NCBI GenBank assembly: GCA_038901875.1
Contig: JBCKPE010000001.1
Span: 17,199 to 81,198, forward strand
DNA: 64,000 bases
Source of the DNA: Burkholderiaceae bacterium
Lineage (GTDB): Bacteria > Pseudomonadota > Gammaproteobacteria > Burkholderiales > Burkholderiaceae_C
Reading direction: 5' to 3'
Part shown: piece by piece, positions 50,975 to 62,700 of the stretch
Numbering within the stretch: position 1 is the stretch's first letter
How the letters are laid out: each line of letters starts with the position of its first letter
Position numbers and translations under genes: made by a program
Notes under the pieces: model-generated
Databases searched by the model: none
What the model was told of the DNA's origin: nothing
What the model saw: only the letters and a program-made list of their open reading frames with translations

Positions 50975-52249
50975 TCATCGGATTCTCTCGATGTCGGCGC
51001 CCAGGGCGCGCAGCTTCTTCTCCATGTGGTCGTAGCCGCGATCAAGGTGGTAGATGCGCTCGACCGTCGTTTCGCCTTCAGCAACCAATCCGGCAATCAC
51101 CAGGGAGGCAGAGGCTCGAAGATCGGTCGCCATCACGGTCGCACCGGAGAGGCGGGGCACGCCCTTGAGCAACGCCACTTTGCCGTCGATCTGGATATCG
51201 GCACCCAGGCGGACCAGTTCATTGACATGCATGAATCGGTTCTCGAAAATGGTTTCTATCACCTTGGACGAGCCGTTGGCGATGCAATTGACCGCCATGA
51301 ATTGGGCCTGCATGTCGGTCGGAAAGCCTGGGTACTCGGTGGTACGAAAACTCTGCGCCTTGAGTCGGCCCTGGGCTCGAATGCGAACCCCTTCCGCAAC
51401 GGCCTCAACATGGGCGCCGGCATCGCGCAGCTTGTCGATGACAGCGTCGAGATGATCCGCCCTTGCCCCTTTCAGTGTGACGTCCCCGCCGGCCGCGGCG
51501 ACAGCGCAAAGAAAGGTGCCGGTCTCAATGCGATCTGCAACCACACGATGACTGCAGCCACGCAACCGCGCCACACCCTGTATCCGGATCGTGCTGCTGC
51601 CATGCCCCTCGATCCGGGCGCCCATCTTGATCAGCATCTCGGCGAGATCGGCCACTTCGGGCTCCCGGGCCGCATTCTCCAGGATGGTTTCGCCGTCGGC
51701 AAGACAGGCCGCCATCATCAGGTTTTCGGTCCCGGTCACCGTGATCATGTCGGTTGTGATTCGTGTGCCACGCAGCCTTTTCATGCCCTTGCCAAGTCTG
51801 GCCACGATGTAACCATGGTCGACCGCGATGTCGGCGCCCATGGCCTGCAGCCCCTTGATATGCTGGTCAACCGGGCGTATGCCGATGGCGCACCCTCCTG
51901 GCAAGGACACCTTGGCCTCGCCAAGTCGCGCCAACAGCGGCCCCAGAACCAGAACCGAGGCACGCATCGTCTTGACCAGTTCGTAGGGTGCTCTCGCCTC
52001 GGCAATAGTCGCCGCATGCAAGCGAATTTCGCCGGCATCGTCGCTTGTCATCCGCTCAGCCTGTGGCCCCATGCTGCGAATGAGCTTGAGCATGGTCGCA
52101 ACGTCCTGCAGCTGCGGAACGTTAGTCAGAGTGACTGGCTCTGCCGTCAAGAGGGCCGCACAGAGTTCGGGCAACACGGCGTTCTTGGCGCCCGAAACGC
52201 CCAGGGCTCCGTGCAAGCTGCGACCGCCTCGAATTAATAGTTTGTCCAT
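50975..52249 (-). CDS. murA: UDP-N-acetylglucosamine 1-carboxyvinyltransferase
   Basis: [27 protein letters not shown] and active-site Cys region [13 protein letters not shown]. 424 aa. Confidence 0.96.
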   Translation of the reverse strand: MDKLLIRGGRSLHGALGVSGAKNAVLPELCAALLTAEPVTLTNVPQLQDVATMLKLIRSMGPQAERMTSDDAGEIRLHAATIAEARAPYELVKTMRASVLVLGPLLARLGEAKVSLPGGCAIGIRPVDQHIKGLQAMGADIAVDHGYIVARLGKGMKRLRGTRITTDMITVTGTENLMMAACLADGETILENAAREPEVADLAEMLIKMGARIEGHGSSTIRIQGVARLRGCSHRVVADRIETGTFLCAVAAAGGDVTLKGARADHLDAVIDKLRDAGAHVEAVAEGVRIRAQGRLKAQSFRTTEYPGFPTDMQAQFMAVNCIANGSSKVIETIFENRFMHVNELVRLGADIQIDGKVALLKGVPRLSGATVMATDLRASASLVIAGLVAEGETTVERIYHLDRGYDHMEKKLRALGADIERIR

Positions 52250-52256
52250 GGCGAGC

Positions 52257-52517
52257 TCATTGCCCCTGATTGGCCCATTCGGCCGGGGTCAAGGTTTTCA
52301 TTGAAAGCGCATGCACTTCGTCGCTATCCATCTTGCTGCCCAGGGTCCGATAGACCTTCTGATGCCGCTGGATCAAGCGCATTCCCTCGAACTCCGCTGA
52401 AACGATGGTGGCAAACCAATGCCGTCCGTCGCCTTCGAGCGCAAGGTGTTCACAGCGCAGGCCGGCCCGGATGATGTGCGTAAGTTGTTCTGATGTCATG
52501 GGTCTGGATGTCGGCAA
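52257..52517 (-). CDS. BolA family protein (IbaG/YrbA-like)
   Basis: 86 aa, BolA-fold-sized, with RHQKVYRTL. Conserved position immediately upstream of murA. Confidence 0.8.
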   Translation of the reverse strand: MPTSRPMTSEQLTHIIRAGLRCEHLALEGDGRHWFATIVSAEFEGMRLIQRHQKVYRTLGSKMDSDEVHALSMKTLTPAEWANQGQ

Positions 52518-52526
52518 CGCATCGCT

Positions 52527-53282
52527 TCAAAGTCTGATCTTGTAACCAATACGCAGCAGGTGTACGGTGATCGCACCGACCAACAGCGTGGCCGACCCGA
52601 CCACAGCCAGGCTCAACCATGGCGATACATCGCTGACGGCGAAAAAGCCGTAGCGGAAGCCGTCAATCATGTAAAAAAACGGATTCAGATGGCTTACCGT
52701 CTGCCAGAACGGCGGCAGTGAATGAATCGAGTAGAAGACGCCACTGAGGAAGGTCATGGGAAGAATCACGAAATTCTGGAACACCGCCATCTGATCGAAT
52801 TTCTCCGCCCATAGGCCGGCAATCAGTCCGAGCGATCCCAGCAGCACTGCGCCGAGGACCAGAAAAACCAGAATCCAGACCGGCGCTTCAAACGAAGGCG
52901 TCGCAAAAAATGACGCGACAAACAGGACGCCAGCGCCAACGGCAAGTCCGCGGACCAAAGATGAGCCGACATAGGCCAGGAACCAACTCCAGTGCGACAG
53001 AGGGGACAGCAGCAGAAACACCAAATTGCCCATGATCTTGCTCTGAATCATTGAGGAGGAACTGTTCGCAAAAGCGTTCTGCAACACACTCATCATCACG
53101 AGGCCAGGAATCAGAAAAGCGGTATACGCGATGCCGCCGTAAACGCTGACGCGCCCTTCGAGCACATGGCCAAAAATCAACAAATAGAGTACGGCGGTGA
53201 GTACCGGGGCCGCCACGGTCTGGAAAATGACTTTCCAGAAACGCAGGACTTCCTTGTAGAAAAGCGTCTGCCAGCCGGTCAT
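52527..53282 (-). CDS. ABC-2 type transporter permease
   Basis: 251 aa with 6 TM segments. 4-nt overlap with the upstream ATPase gene. Substrate unknown. Confidence 0.85.
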   Translation of the reverse strand: MTGWQTLFYKEVLRFWKVIFQTVAAPVLTAVLYLLIFGHVLEGRVSVYGGIAYTAFLIPGLVMMSVLQNAFANSSSSMIQSKIMGNLVFLLLSPLSHWSWFLAYVGSSLVRGLAVGAGVLFVASFFATPSFEAPVWILVFLVLGAVLLGSLGLIAGLWAEKFDQMAVFQNFVILPMTFLSGVFYSIHSLPPFWQTVSHLNPFFYMIDGFRYGFFAVSDVSPWLSLAVVGSATLLVGAITVHLLRIGYKIRL

Positions 53283-54202
53283 GACGACGTCTCCCGCGCC
53301 ATGACTTCAAGAAACACGTCCTCCAGGTCGGCCTTTCTTACCTCCACATCCTCGGCCGTCAATCCGGCCTGGCGCAGCGCAGACAAATGCTGCTCAATTT
53401 CGATCGCATTGTGGACTGGAAGCTGAACAATGCGGCCGGTCACCCGAGCCCGGCTGGCCATTTCGTCGGGCAGGTCGCCGTCCAGTTTGAAGCGCAGCAC
53501 GTTGCTGGAGGCGGATTGGAGCAGTGTGGCGGTATCAGCCAAGGCGACCACCCGCCCCTGCTTGAGCATGGCGATTCGCGAACACAGGGCCTCAGCCTCT
53601 TCAAGGTAGTGGGTCGTCAGCAGCACGGTATTGCCTTGGCGATTCAGCGAAGCAATGAACTGCCACAAGGTTTGACGCAGTTCGACGTCGACCCCGGCGG
53701 TAGGCTCATCCAGCACGATCACCGGCGGCTTGTGCACCAAGGCCTGGGCCACCAGCATGCGCCGCTTCATGCCGCCCGACAGTTGCCTCATGTTGGCGTC
53801 AGCCTTGTCGGCAAGTCCCAATCGCGTCAGCAGCTCGTCAATCCATGCGTCGTTCTTGCGAAGGCCAAAATAACCAGACTGAATCTGCAAAGCCTCCCTG
53901 ACCGAGAAGAACGGATCAAACACCAGTTCCTGCGGAACCACGCCAATACTGCGCCGGGCGGCTGCGTAGTCCCTTTCGACATCGTGGCCAAGCACGGTCA
54001 CATGCCCGTGGGTAGCGCGGGACAATCCAGCCAGAATACTGATAAGGGTTGTTTTTCCAGCCCCATTGGGCCCGAGCAATCCGAAAAATTCGCCCTCGCC
54101 AATGTCAAAACTGACGTCGTCCAGGGCCTTGATAGGGTTGATCGTCGCGTTTCGGCTGGAGGGATAGATCTTCGAGACAGATCGAAACGAAACGGCAGGC
54201 AT
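53279..54202 (-). CDS. ABC transporter ATP-binding protein (ABC-2 exporter family)
   Basis: Walker A GPNGAGKTT, signature LSGGMKRR, Walker B VIVLDEPTAG. 307 aa. Confidence 0.9.
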   Translation of the reverse strand: MPAVSFRSVSKIYPSSRNATINPIKALDDVSFDIGEGEFFGLLGPNGAGKTTLISILAGLSRATHGHVTVLGHDVERDYAAARRSIGVVPQELVFDPFFSVREALQIQSGYFGLRKNDAWIDELLTRLGLADKADANMRQLSGGMKRRMLVAQALVHKPPVIVLDEPTAGVDVELRQTLWQFIASLNRQGNTVLLTTHYLEEAEALCSRIAMLKQGRVVALADTATLLQSASSNVLRFKLDGDLPDEMASRARVTGRIVQLPVHNAIEIEQHLSALRQAGLTAEDVEVRKADLEDVFLEVMARETSS

Positions 54203-54308
54203 GGGAAACGCCGATTTTACCGACTGCGGGGCGCGTTCCAGTCACCAATTTGCGGCGGAACGTCGAGAGTGCTGCGGAAACGCAGGCCTGAGCCTGGCTC
54301 AATCCCAG

Positions 54309-54587
54309 CTAGGCCATCACGCCAAGCAAATCCTTCACGCCGTACATTTGGGCCAGCGCCATCAGCTTGGCCGGGGCACCGCGCACGGCAAAAGGTCGTT
54401 GTTGGCGAATTGCCTCGCGCCGCACCTGAAGCAACAGCGCCAGAACGGACGAATCAAAATGCGTCAATGCGGCGGCGTCGACCACGAGATCTCCCCGTGA
54501 CGGATCGCGCAGTTCCATGTCGAGACGGTCCACCCAATGCGCTGCCTCGGAAAGGGTCAGGGTCGCCGGCAGGGTCAGCACGATCAA
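54309..54587 (-). CDS. mlaB: STAS-domain protein, MlaB-like
   Basis: About 92 aa from TTG 54587 (or GTG 54581), overlapping the mlaC stop. The STAS-like sequence is LTLPATLTLSEAAHWV...VDAAALTHFDSSVLALLL. The upstream part of the 129-aa track ORF overlaps mlaC. Confidence 0.65.
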   Translation of the reverse strand: MIVLTLPATLTLSEAAHWVDRLDMELRDPSRGDLVVDAAALTHFDSSVLALLLQVRREAIRQQRPFAVRGAPAKLMALAQMYGVKDLLGVMA

Positions 54588-55222
54588 ATCTTGCGACTGT
54601 TGCGTCGATTGCGTTCGGTCAGCGCTGCAATTAGGCCGTCGATCCCATTTGCATTGATTTCCTGGGCAAACTGGGTGCGATAGGTATCCACCAGCCAAAC
54701 CCCCAGCACGTTCAGGTTGAGAATCTTCCAGCCCGCACCTTCGCCCGGGGTGCGTTCAAGCCGGTAGTCCAGCTGAATCGGATCGCCTCGACCCCTGACC
54801 TCGGTGCGAACCACGACTTCCTTGTCCTCCGGCGCAAATCGCACAGGCTTGACCGTCACCACCTGGTCATTCACCTGCGCCAACGCGCCGGAATAGGTTC
54901 GCACCAGCAGGATCTTGAACTCTTCCTGAAGCCGCCCCTGCTGCTCGGGCGTCGCACGACGCCAGCTCGGACCCACCGCGGAAGCCGTCATGCGCTGAAA
55001 ATTGATGTTGGGCATGACCTTGCTTTCAACCAGCACCATGATGCTCGTCAGATCGCCTGCGCGCACCGATTTGTCAGCGCGAATCGATTCAACCACCTCC
55101 GACGAAAGGCGCTTCACAAAGGCGTCAGGAGTTTCTTCGGCTGCATGGGCGACCGCCAGCACGCCGGACAGCGCCAGTGCCACCAGGAGCGGGAAACGCT
55201 TAGCCATATCACGTAGATGCAT
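54584..55222 (-). CDS. mlaC: Phospholipid-binding periplasmic protein MlaC (Ttg2D/toluene tolerance family)
   Basis: Signal peptide and 212 aa. Sits in the mla cluster, with NFQRMTASAVGPSWR typical of the family. Confidence 0.88.
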   Translation of the reverse strand: MHLRDMAKRFPLLVALALSGVLAVAHAAEETPDAFVKRLSSEVVESIRADKSVRAGDLTSIMVLVESKVMPNINFQRMTASAVGPSWRRATPEQQGRLQEEFKILLVRTYSGALAQVNDQVVTVKPVRFAPEDKEVVVRTEVRGRGDPIQLDYRLERTPGEGAGWKILNLNVLGVWLVDTYRTQFAQEINANGIDGLIAALTERNRRNSRKI

Positions 55223-55332
55223 TTAACCTATCTCCAGTTTCCATTGATCGTTGCATCTTCAACGGATCAAACCCGTTTTATGCTGACCAGGGGTTGCGCC
55301 AATCGCAACAAATTGTACTGATGACGGCCCGG

Positions 55333-56079
55333 CTATTTTGAGGGAACGTCGTTCTCTGGAACGTTTCCGTCAAACACTTCGCTGCTTCGTCTTTGAAAAA
55401 AGACGTCGCGAATGAAGCTGTACTTGTCCAGTGAAGCCTCTTCGATGAGCGTGCCCAGGCCCAGCAGCCGAGACCTGCCGTCGACCGCGTCCAGCGCGAG
55501 CAACATGTTGCGCGATGAAACATCGCGCAACCCCGACACCGGATTTCCAGCACGATCGATGGGCAGCGCCAGCGCGTCGCGCAGCGTCGAGGGACCAAGG
55601 AATGGAAGCATCAGGTAAGGGCCGGTTGGAACGCCCCAGCGCCCCAGCGTCTGGCCAAAATCTTCGCGATGCCGCGGGATGTTCATTTCGCTGGCGACAT
55701 CAAAGACGCCGAGAATCCCAAACACCGTATTCACACTAAAACGCATCGTGCTTTCGGCAGCGGCCTGTGCTTTCAATTGCATTCCGCTGTTGATCGCGGA
55801 CCAGCCATCATCCAGATTGGCAAAAAAATTCGCAACACCGCGCCGCACCAGGCTGGGCACAGCTTCCTTGTAAACCATGGCGACTGGTCGCAGGATCGCC
55901 TTGTCAACCCCTTCATTGAAATCCAACATGCTTCGGTTGAAGCTCTCGAACGGATCACGGGGATCGGCGTTCGGCGCGGTTGCGCAACCGTAAAGCAGGG
56001 CCAGGGCCAACATTGAAAGCCATGCCATGGCCCTCGACTGACGCGGCGTGCTGGCACCATCAGCACTGATCGATTTCAT
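55333..56079 (-). CDS. mlaA: Outer-membrane lipoprotein MlaA/VacJ
   Basis: Lipobox LALLYGCA. Conserved DPFESFNR...NFFANL...PYLMLPFLGPSTLRD. Confidence 0.9.
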   Translation of the reverse strand: MKSISADGASTPRQSRAMAWLSMLALALLYGCATAPNADPRDPFESFNRSMLDFNEGVDKAILRPVAMVYKEAVPSLVRRGVANFFANLDDGWSAINSGMQLKAQAAAESTMRFSVNTVFGILGVFDVASEMNIPRHREDFGQTLGRWGVPTGPYLMLPFLGPSTLRDALALPIDRAGNPVSGLRDVSSRNMLLALDAVDGRSRLLGLGTLIEEASLDKYSFIRDVFFQRRSSEVFDGNVPENDVPSK

Positions 56080-56564
56080 TTCTTGTTTCCATTTCCTGGA
56101 GCCGATCCACCCTCAGCCGCCTTGTTGTAGAGAAACTGGCCAATCAGGTTTTCAAGCACAACCGCCGACTGCGTGGAACTCACGACGTCCCCGCCGCGAA
56201 GATTGTTCACGTCCGCCCCGGCCTCGATACCGATGTACTGTTCCCCGAGCAAACCACTCGTCAATATCTTAAGCGAACTGTCCTTTGGGAAAGCAAAGCG
56301 GCTTTCCAATGTAATCGTGACCAAAGCCCGAAAGCTCTTGTCATCAAACGTGATCGAATCGACCCGCCCGACCACCACGCCCGCGCTCTTGACCGCAGCA
56401 CGGGGCTTGAGTCCGCCAACGTTGTCGAACTTTGCCGTCACCCGGTACCCCGATTCAAAACTCAGACTCAGCAGGTTGGCCGACTTCAGGGCCAAAAACA
56501 GGATGGCGACGCCGCCAATCAGGACAAACAGGCCCACCCACCAATCATTCTTCGAGCGTTGCAC
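56076..56564 (-). CDS. mlaD: Outer membrane lipid asymmetry maintenance protein MlaD (MCE domain)
   Basis: N-terminal TM segment NDWWVGLFVLIGGVAILFLAL followed by an MCE domain. 162 aa. Confidence 0.92.
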   Translation of the reverse strand: MQRSKNDWWVGLFVLIGGVAILFLALKSANLLSLSFESGYRVTAKFDNVGGLKPRAAVKSAGVVVGRVDSITFDDKSFRALVTITLESRFAFPKDSSLKILTSGLLGEQYIGIEAGADVNNLRGGDVVSSTQSAVVLENLIGQFLYNKAAEGGSAPGNGNKK

Positions 56565-56574
56565 GGCAATTCCT

Positions 56575-57357
56575 CTATATGCTGAACATCATGACCGTCA
56601 GAACAAAGTCCAGTCCGAGTACGGAAAGCGAAGCGATCACCACCGACCGGGTTGTCGCCTTGGACACCCCCTCGGGCGTCGGGTGCGCCTCATATCCTTG
56701 CAACAAAGCGACAAAAGTCACAGCGACGCCGAAAACAAAGCTCTTGATGACGCCATTGCCTACATCGCGCCAGACGTCAACCCCACCCTGCATTTGACTC
56801 CAGAACGATCCGGAATCGATGCCAATGAGGAGCACACCCACAACGTAGCCACCGAAGATACCCGCCGCGCTGAAGACCGCCGCCAGTATCGGCATGGCAA
56901 TAATGCCGGCCAGGAAACGCGGTGCCAGCACACGCCGGATCGGATCGACGGCCATCATTTCCATGGCCAACAGTTGCTCCCCGGCACGCATCAAGCCAAT
57001 CTCCGCCGTCAGCGAGGCCCCGGCACGCCCGGCAAACAGCAAGGCCGTCACGACCGGTCCCAATTCGCGCACCAGACTGAGGGCCACAAGCAGTCCGAGT
57101 GCCTCTGTCGAGCCGTAGCGCTGCAGGGTGTAATAGCCCTGAAGTCCCAACACAAAACCAACAAAAAGCCCTGAAACCGTGACGATGGCGAGCGAGTAGT
57201 TGCCAAGAAAATGAATCTGGTCACGCACCAGGCCAAAGCGCTTCAGGCATGGCCCACTCAGTAGAACAAGCCGGGCCAACAGGCGCGCCCCGTGGCCCCA
57301 GTTTGCCAGCACGGCACGGATGGAAAAACCGATTTCGGCGGGCTGCAGCCAACTCAT
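56575..57357 (-). CDS. mlaE: Lipid asymmetry maintenance ABC transporter permease MlaE
   Basis: 260 aa, multi-TM, with REL/GPV motif VRELGPVVTALLFAGRAG. Confidence 0.93.
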   Translation of the reverse strand: MSWLQPAEIGFSIRAVLANWGHGARLLARLVLLSGPCLKRFGLVRDQIHFLGNYSLAIVTVSGLFVGFVLGLQGYYTLQRYGSTEALGLLVALSLVRELGPVVTALLFAGRAGASLTAEIGLMRAGEQLLAMEMMAVDPIRRVLAPRFLAGIIAMPILAAVFSAAGIFGGYVVGVLLIGIDSGSFWSQMQGGVDVWRDVGNGVIKSFVFGVAVTFVALLQGYEAHPTPEGVSKATTRSVVIASLSVLGLDFVLTVMMFSI

Positions 57358-58172
57358 GCTCTACCTGACCTGCCGAAATCCTGCTCGACCCGGGGACCAG
57401 GGTAATGGAACTGCACCGGTCCTTCGCTCAGGGCGTTCATGAATTGGTGTACCAAAGGATCAACTGACTGCGCAACCTCTTGCGGCGTGCCTTGAACGGC
57501 AATGCCTCCATTGGCAATGATGACAACCTTGTCTGAGATACGAAAAGTTTCACTCAACTCATGCGAAACCACCAGGCTGGTGATTCCCAAGGTATCGTTG
57601 AGTTCGCGGATCAGCTTGGCCGCGGTTCCAGTGGAAATCGGGTCAAGACCGGAAAACGGCTCGTCATACATGATCAGTTCCGGATCAAGCGCTATGGCGC
57701 GCGCGAGCGCAGCACGACGCGCCATGCCGCCGGACAATTCAGACGGCATCAGATCACGGGCGCCTCTGAGCCCTACGGCATTTAGCTTCATCAGAACGAC
57801 GTCGCGGATCAGAACCTCAGGCAGCGCGGTGTTTTCACGAAGCGGAAACGCCACGTTATCAAAAACATTCAGGTCCGAAAACAGGGCGCCGAACTGAAAC
57901 AGCATGCCCATGCGGCGACGGGCGTCATAAAGCTGCGTCTGGTCCATCAAACCAATGTCCTGACCATCGAACAGGGTTTGCCCGTTCTGCGCCCGGTACT
58001 GGCCTGCGATCAGGCGCAGGACGGTGGTCTTGCCACCCCCGGAGGTACCCATCAACGCGGTCACCTTGCCTCTTGGAACGGCCAAATTGACATCCTTCAG
58101 GACGGCGTGATACCCGTATCCAAAGGTCAGGTATCTGAGTTCTACGAGAGCAGGCGAGTTGGGAGAATTCAT
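57354..58172 (-). CDS. mlaF: Lipid asymmetry maintenance ABC transporter ATP-binding protein MlaF
   Basis: Walker A GTSGGGKTT, signature LSGGMARR, Walker B LIMYDEPFSGLDP. Confidence 0.93.
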   Translation of the reverse strand: MNSPNSPALVELRYLTFGYGYHAVLKDVNLAVPRGKVTALMGTSGGGKTTVLRLIAGQYRAQNGQTLFDGQDIGLMDQTQLYDARRRMGMLFQFGALFSDLNVFDNVAFPLRENTALPEVLIRDVVLMKLNAVGLRGARDLMPSELSGGMARRAALARAIALDPELIMYDEPFSGLDPISTGTAAKLIRELNDTLGITSLVVSHELSETFRISDKVVIIANGGIAVQGTPQEVAQSVDPLVHQFMNALSEGPVQFHYPGPRVEQDFGRSGRA

Positions 58173-58232
58173 CAGGCAGATGGGCCGTCGGGGTCCAGCC
58201 CCTTTGATGATACGGGATTAGCCCAGCAGTTT

Positions 58233-59699
58233 TTAGCGCGGAAGTCGGCTCTCGCCCATGAGGAATTCGTCAACTGCGTAGGCCGCCTGTCGTCCTTCCC
58301 GTATAGCCCAAACCACCAGCGACTGCCCGCGGCGAACGTCGCCAGCAGCAAACACCCCCGGCTTGCCCGAAGCGTATCCGCCGACCTTCTCGGTCGTTGC
58401 CTTGACATTTCCTCTGGCGTCGGCCTGAACGCCAAACGCGTCAAGAATCGAGCGCACCGGCCCGACAAAGCCCATGGCCAGCAGAACGAGATCGGCCTTC
58501 AACACCTGCTCGCTGCCGGCTATCTCAACCATCTTCCCGGCCCGCCAGGCGACGCGCACGGTCTTGAGTCCGGTCACCTTGCCCTTCTTGCCGAGAAACT
58601 CCTTGGTGGATATCGCGAATTCGCGTTCACACCCCTCCTCGTGGCTCGAACTGGTGCGTAACTTGACCGGCCAGTACGGCCAGGTCATCGGTCGGTTCTC
58701 CTCCAGCGGCGGTTGTGCCAGCAGTTCAAACTGCGTCACGCTGGCAGCACCGTGCCGATTGCTGGTACCGACACAATCGCTGCCGGTATCTCCGCCACCA
58801 ATCACGATCACGTGCTTGCGGTCCGCGCGCAGCTGTGCCGTGACGGCATCGCCAGCGTTGACCCGGTTCTGTTGCGGCAGGAACTCCATGCCGAAATGGA
58901 TGCCGTCGAGGTGCCGACCGGGTACCGGCAGATCGCGCGACTGCTCGGCGCCACAGGCCAGCAGGACCGCATCAAACTCGCGCTCAAGCTGCCCGGCTTC
59001 GATCACTTCGCGCGACCAGTTGGTGACCTTGGTGTCGCCGTCAAGCGCCCCGATCAGAACGCCCGTGCGAAAACTCACACCCTCCTGTCGCAACTGCTCG
59101 ACACGCCGGTCGATGTGCGACTTCTCCATCTTGAAGTCGGGAATCCCGTAGCGCAACAGGCCGCCAATGCGGTCATTCTTCTCAAACACGGTGACCGCGT
59201 GCCCAACTCGGGCCAATTGCTGCGCGGCCGCAAGTCCCGCTGGGCCTGAGCCAATGACCGCCACCGTCTTGCCGGTCCGCTGCGGCGGGATCATTGGCTG
59301 GACCCACTGTTCAGACCAGGCACGATCAATGATGGCGCGCTCGATGGACTTGATGCCAACCGGCTCATTGCTCACGTTCAGCGTGCAGGCAGCCTCGCAC
59401 GGCGCGGGGCAGATCCGGCCGGTGAATTCCGGAAAGTTGTTGGTGCTATGCAGCACCTGGATCGCATTTTTCCAGTCGTCCCGATAGACCAGATCATTGA
59501 AATCCGGAATGATGTTGTTGACCGGACAACCACTGATGCAAAACGGAGTGCCGCAATCCATGCAGCGGGCGCCTTCCCGGCGTGCCTGATCGTCGGCGAG
59601 CCCCAGAACGAACTCTCGATGACTCTTCACGCGCTGGGCCACCGGGAGGTATTTTTCCTCGGTCCGCTCAAACTCCAAGAATCCGGTGACCTTTCCCAT
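58233..59699 (-). CDS. gltD: Glutamate synthase (NADPH) small subunit
   Basis: [12 protein letters not shown], Fe-S Cys clusters CMDCGTPFC...CP and [11 protein letters not shown], and FAD/NAD GxGxx[15 protein letters not shown]. Confidence 0.96.
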   Translation of the reverse strand: MGKVTGFLEFERTEEKYLPVAQRVKSHREFVLGLADDQARREGARCMDCGTPFCISGCPVNNIIPDFNDLVYRDDWKNAIQVLHSTNNFPEFTGRICPAPCEAACTLNVSNEPVGIKSIERAIIDRAWSEQWVQPMIPPQRTGKTVAVIGSGPAGLAAAQQLARVGHAVTVFEKNDRIGGLLRYGIPDFKMEKSHIDRRVEQLRQEGVSFRTGVLIGALDGDTKVTNWSREVIEAGQLEREFDAVLLACGAEQSRDLPVPGRHLDGIHFGMEFLPQQNRVNAGDAVTAQLRADRKHVIVIGGGDTGSDCVGTSNRHGAASVTQFELLAQPPLEENRPMTWPYWPVKLRTSSSHEEGCEREFAISTKEFLGKKGKVTGLKTVRVAWRAGKMVEIAGSEQVLKADLVLLAMGFVGPVRSILDAFGVQADARGNVKATTEKVGGYASGKPGVFAAGDVRRGQSLVVWAIREGRQAAYAVDEFLMGESRLPR

Positions 59700-59746
59700 G
59701 ATGGCAGTTCCAATCGTTGTTCTGACTTTTCTGAATGCAGCGCGAC

Positions 59747-62700
59747 CTACTTGAGGTCAGCCGTGAGCTTCCTTGTTCCGGCCCTGACGGCGGCAGCCTT
59801 TGGCTCCCGAATCGTTCTCGCGCCGATTTCGGCCAATGCCCGGCGGTACTCATGGGGGAAGACCTTGACAAATCTTGCTCGGGACAGTTCCCAGCTATCA
59901 AGAAGTTCCCGGGCCCGTTTGCTGCCCGTCCACCGGTTATGTTCCTGCAGCAGCTTGCGCAGCAGTGTCTCGTCGGCCTGGTCCTGGTGCCATAGCGCTG
60001 GGTCCACCTGGGCGCTCTGCTCGCTGGCGCTGAGCACCTTCTCAAGCGAGACCATCGCGGTGTTGCAGCGTTGCGCGAACTCGCCGTCCTCGTCGAAGAC
60101 ATAGGCGATGCCCCCGCTCATGCCCGCAGCGAAATTGCGTCCGGTCTTGCCGAGCACGACGACCGTGCCACGCGTCATGTACTCGCATCCGTGGTCACCC
60201 GTGCCTTCCACCACGGCCGTCGCTCCGCTCAAGCGAACAGCAAAACGCTCGCCCGCAACCCCGCAAAAGAAGGCTTCCCCGTCGGTCGCGCCGTACAACA
60301 CGGTATTCCCCACAATGATATTTTTGGTCGCGTCGCCGCGAAAATCGATGCTGGGCCGCACCACCACCCGGCCTCCGCTCAATCCCTTGCCGGTGTAGTC
60401 GTTGGCGTCGCCAATCAGGTAGAGCGTGATTCCCTTGGCCAGAAACGCTGCAAAGGACTGCCCGCCTGTTCCCTCAAGCTGTATCCGCACCGTGTCATCG
60501 GGCAATCCTTCGGGCCGTGCCCTGGTGAGCGCGCCCGAGAGCATGGCGCCGACGGATCGGTTCACGTTCCTGGCCACCTCCATGAACCTGACCTTCTCGC
60601 CCCGGTCAATTGCGGCACGGCATTTTTCGATCAGCAGATTGTCCAAACTGCGCTCCAGACCATGGTCCTGCGCCTCAACATGGCGGCGCGGCACATCTGC
60701 CGGAACTTTGGGTTGGGCAAAAATGCGCGAAAAATCCAGGCCACTGGCCTTCCAGTGCTCGATACCTTTCCTGGTATCCAACAGGTCGGATCGTCCAATC
60801 AGTTCATCGAACTTGCGCATCCCCAACTGGGCCATGATGGCCCGCACCTCCTCGGCCACAAAGAAGAAGTAGTTCACGACATGCTCGGGCTTGCCACGAA
60901 ACTTCCTGCGCAGCACCGGATCCTGCGTTGCCACGCCGACCGGGCAAGTGTTGAGGTGGCATTTGCGCATCATGATGCAGCCCCCTACCACCAGCGGAGC
61001 CGTGGCAAAGCCGAATTCGTCGGCACCAAGCAGGGCGCCAATGACCACGTCGCGCCCAGTTTTCATCTGGCCGTCGACCTGCACCCGTATGCGTCCGCGC
61101 AGCCGGTTCAGAACCAGGGTTTGCTGCGTTTCCGCGAGTCCTATTTCCCAGGGACTTCCGGCATGTTTGATCGATGACCAGGGCGACGCGCCGGTACCGC
61201 CATCGTGGCCGGCAATGACGACATGGTCGCTCTTGCATTTGGCGACACCGGCGGCGACAGTTCCCACACCAACCTCACTCACCAATTTGACGCTGACACT
61301 GGCGTGTGGCGCGACGTTCTTCAAATCGTGGATCAGTTGCGCCAGATCCTCGATGGAGTAGATGTCGTGGTGCGGCGGCGGGGAAATCAAGCCGACGCCC
61401 GGAACGCTGTAGCGCAGCTTGGCGATGTATTCGCTGACCTTGGCGCCCGGCAGCTGGCCGCCTTCCCCTGGCTTGGCGCCCTGCGCCATCTTGATCTGGA
61501 TCTGGTCGGCGCTGGAAAGGTACTCGGCATTGACGCCAAAACGACCCGCAGCGATCTGTTTGATGCGGGAACGCAACGAGTCTCCGTCCTGCAGAACGTA
61601 GTCGGCCTCAACCACGCCAGGGCCAAGGATTTCCGCAGTCGTCTGCCCCTTGCGTATGGCGATGCCCCGGAGCTCCTGGCGATAGCGGGCCGGGTCTTCG
61701 CCGCCCTCTCCGGTGTTGCTCTTGCCGCCGATGCGGTTCATGGCAATCGCCAACGTCGTATGAGCCTCGGTGGAGATGGACCCCAATGACATGGCGCCGG
61801 TCGCAAAACGTTTCACGATTTCCGCTGCGCTTTCGACCTCGTCAACCGGGATCGCAGTGTCCGGATCGACCCTGAACTCAAACAGGCCACGCAAGGTCAT
61901 ATGACGCTGGCCCTGATCGTTGATCAACTGGGCATACTCCTTGTAGGTGGCCCAGTTGTTGGACCGCGTGCTGTGCTGCAGCTTCGCGATGGCGTCGGGC
62001 GTCCACATATGCTCATCACCCCGGACGCGCCACGCGTATTCGCCGCCAGCGTCCAGCATGTTCTCGAGGACAGGGTCATCGCCAAAAGCCTGCCGATGCA
62101 TCCTGATCGCTTCCTCCGCAATTTCAAACACGCCGATACCTTCGATCCGGCTCGCCGTACCGGTGAAGTACTTCTCCATCGTCTCACTGTTGATTCCGAT
62201 GGCCTCAAACAGCTGCGCTCCGCAGTAGCTCATATAGGTCGATACGCCCATCTTGGACATGATCTTCGACAGGCCTTTGCCGACCGCTTTGATGTAGTTG
62301 GTTGTTGCCTTTTCGAGGTTCAGATCGCCCGGCAACTCCTGGTGCATGGACGCCAGTGTCTCCAGCGCCAGGTACGGATGCACCGCCTCCGCACCATAGC
62401 CCGCAAGGACCGCAAACTGGTGCACCTCGCGTGCCGTGCCCGTCTCCACCACCAGCCCCGCCGTTGTCCTCAAGCCCTCGCGGATCAGATGCTGGTGCAC
62501 GGCAGAGAGCGCAAGCAACGCGGGAATGGCCACCTGGTCGGGACCGATGGCACGATCGCTGATGATCAGGATGTTCTTGCCGCCGCGGATCGCGTCCACG
62601 CTTTCCGCGCAGATTGACGCGAGTTTGGCTTCCACGCCCTCGTGTCCCCAGGCCAGGGGGTAGGTAATATCAATAGGGTAGCTCTTGAACTTGCCTTGGG

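Noticed and set aside
41925-51096. N-terminally extended track ORFs: tatC (354 aa), HIT protein (177 aa), hisB (284 aa) and hisG (269 aa). Elsewhere, coaE (334 aa), the CNP1-like gene (271 aa), rplU (146 aa), secA (954 aa) and the HtrA-family protease (439 aa).
   Set aside because: The extensions overlap upstream genes or lack similarity to the conserved N-termini of the families. Internal starts reproduce the canonical N-termini, often with SD sites or ATGA/GTGA coupling.
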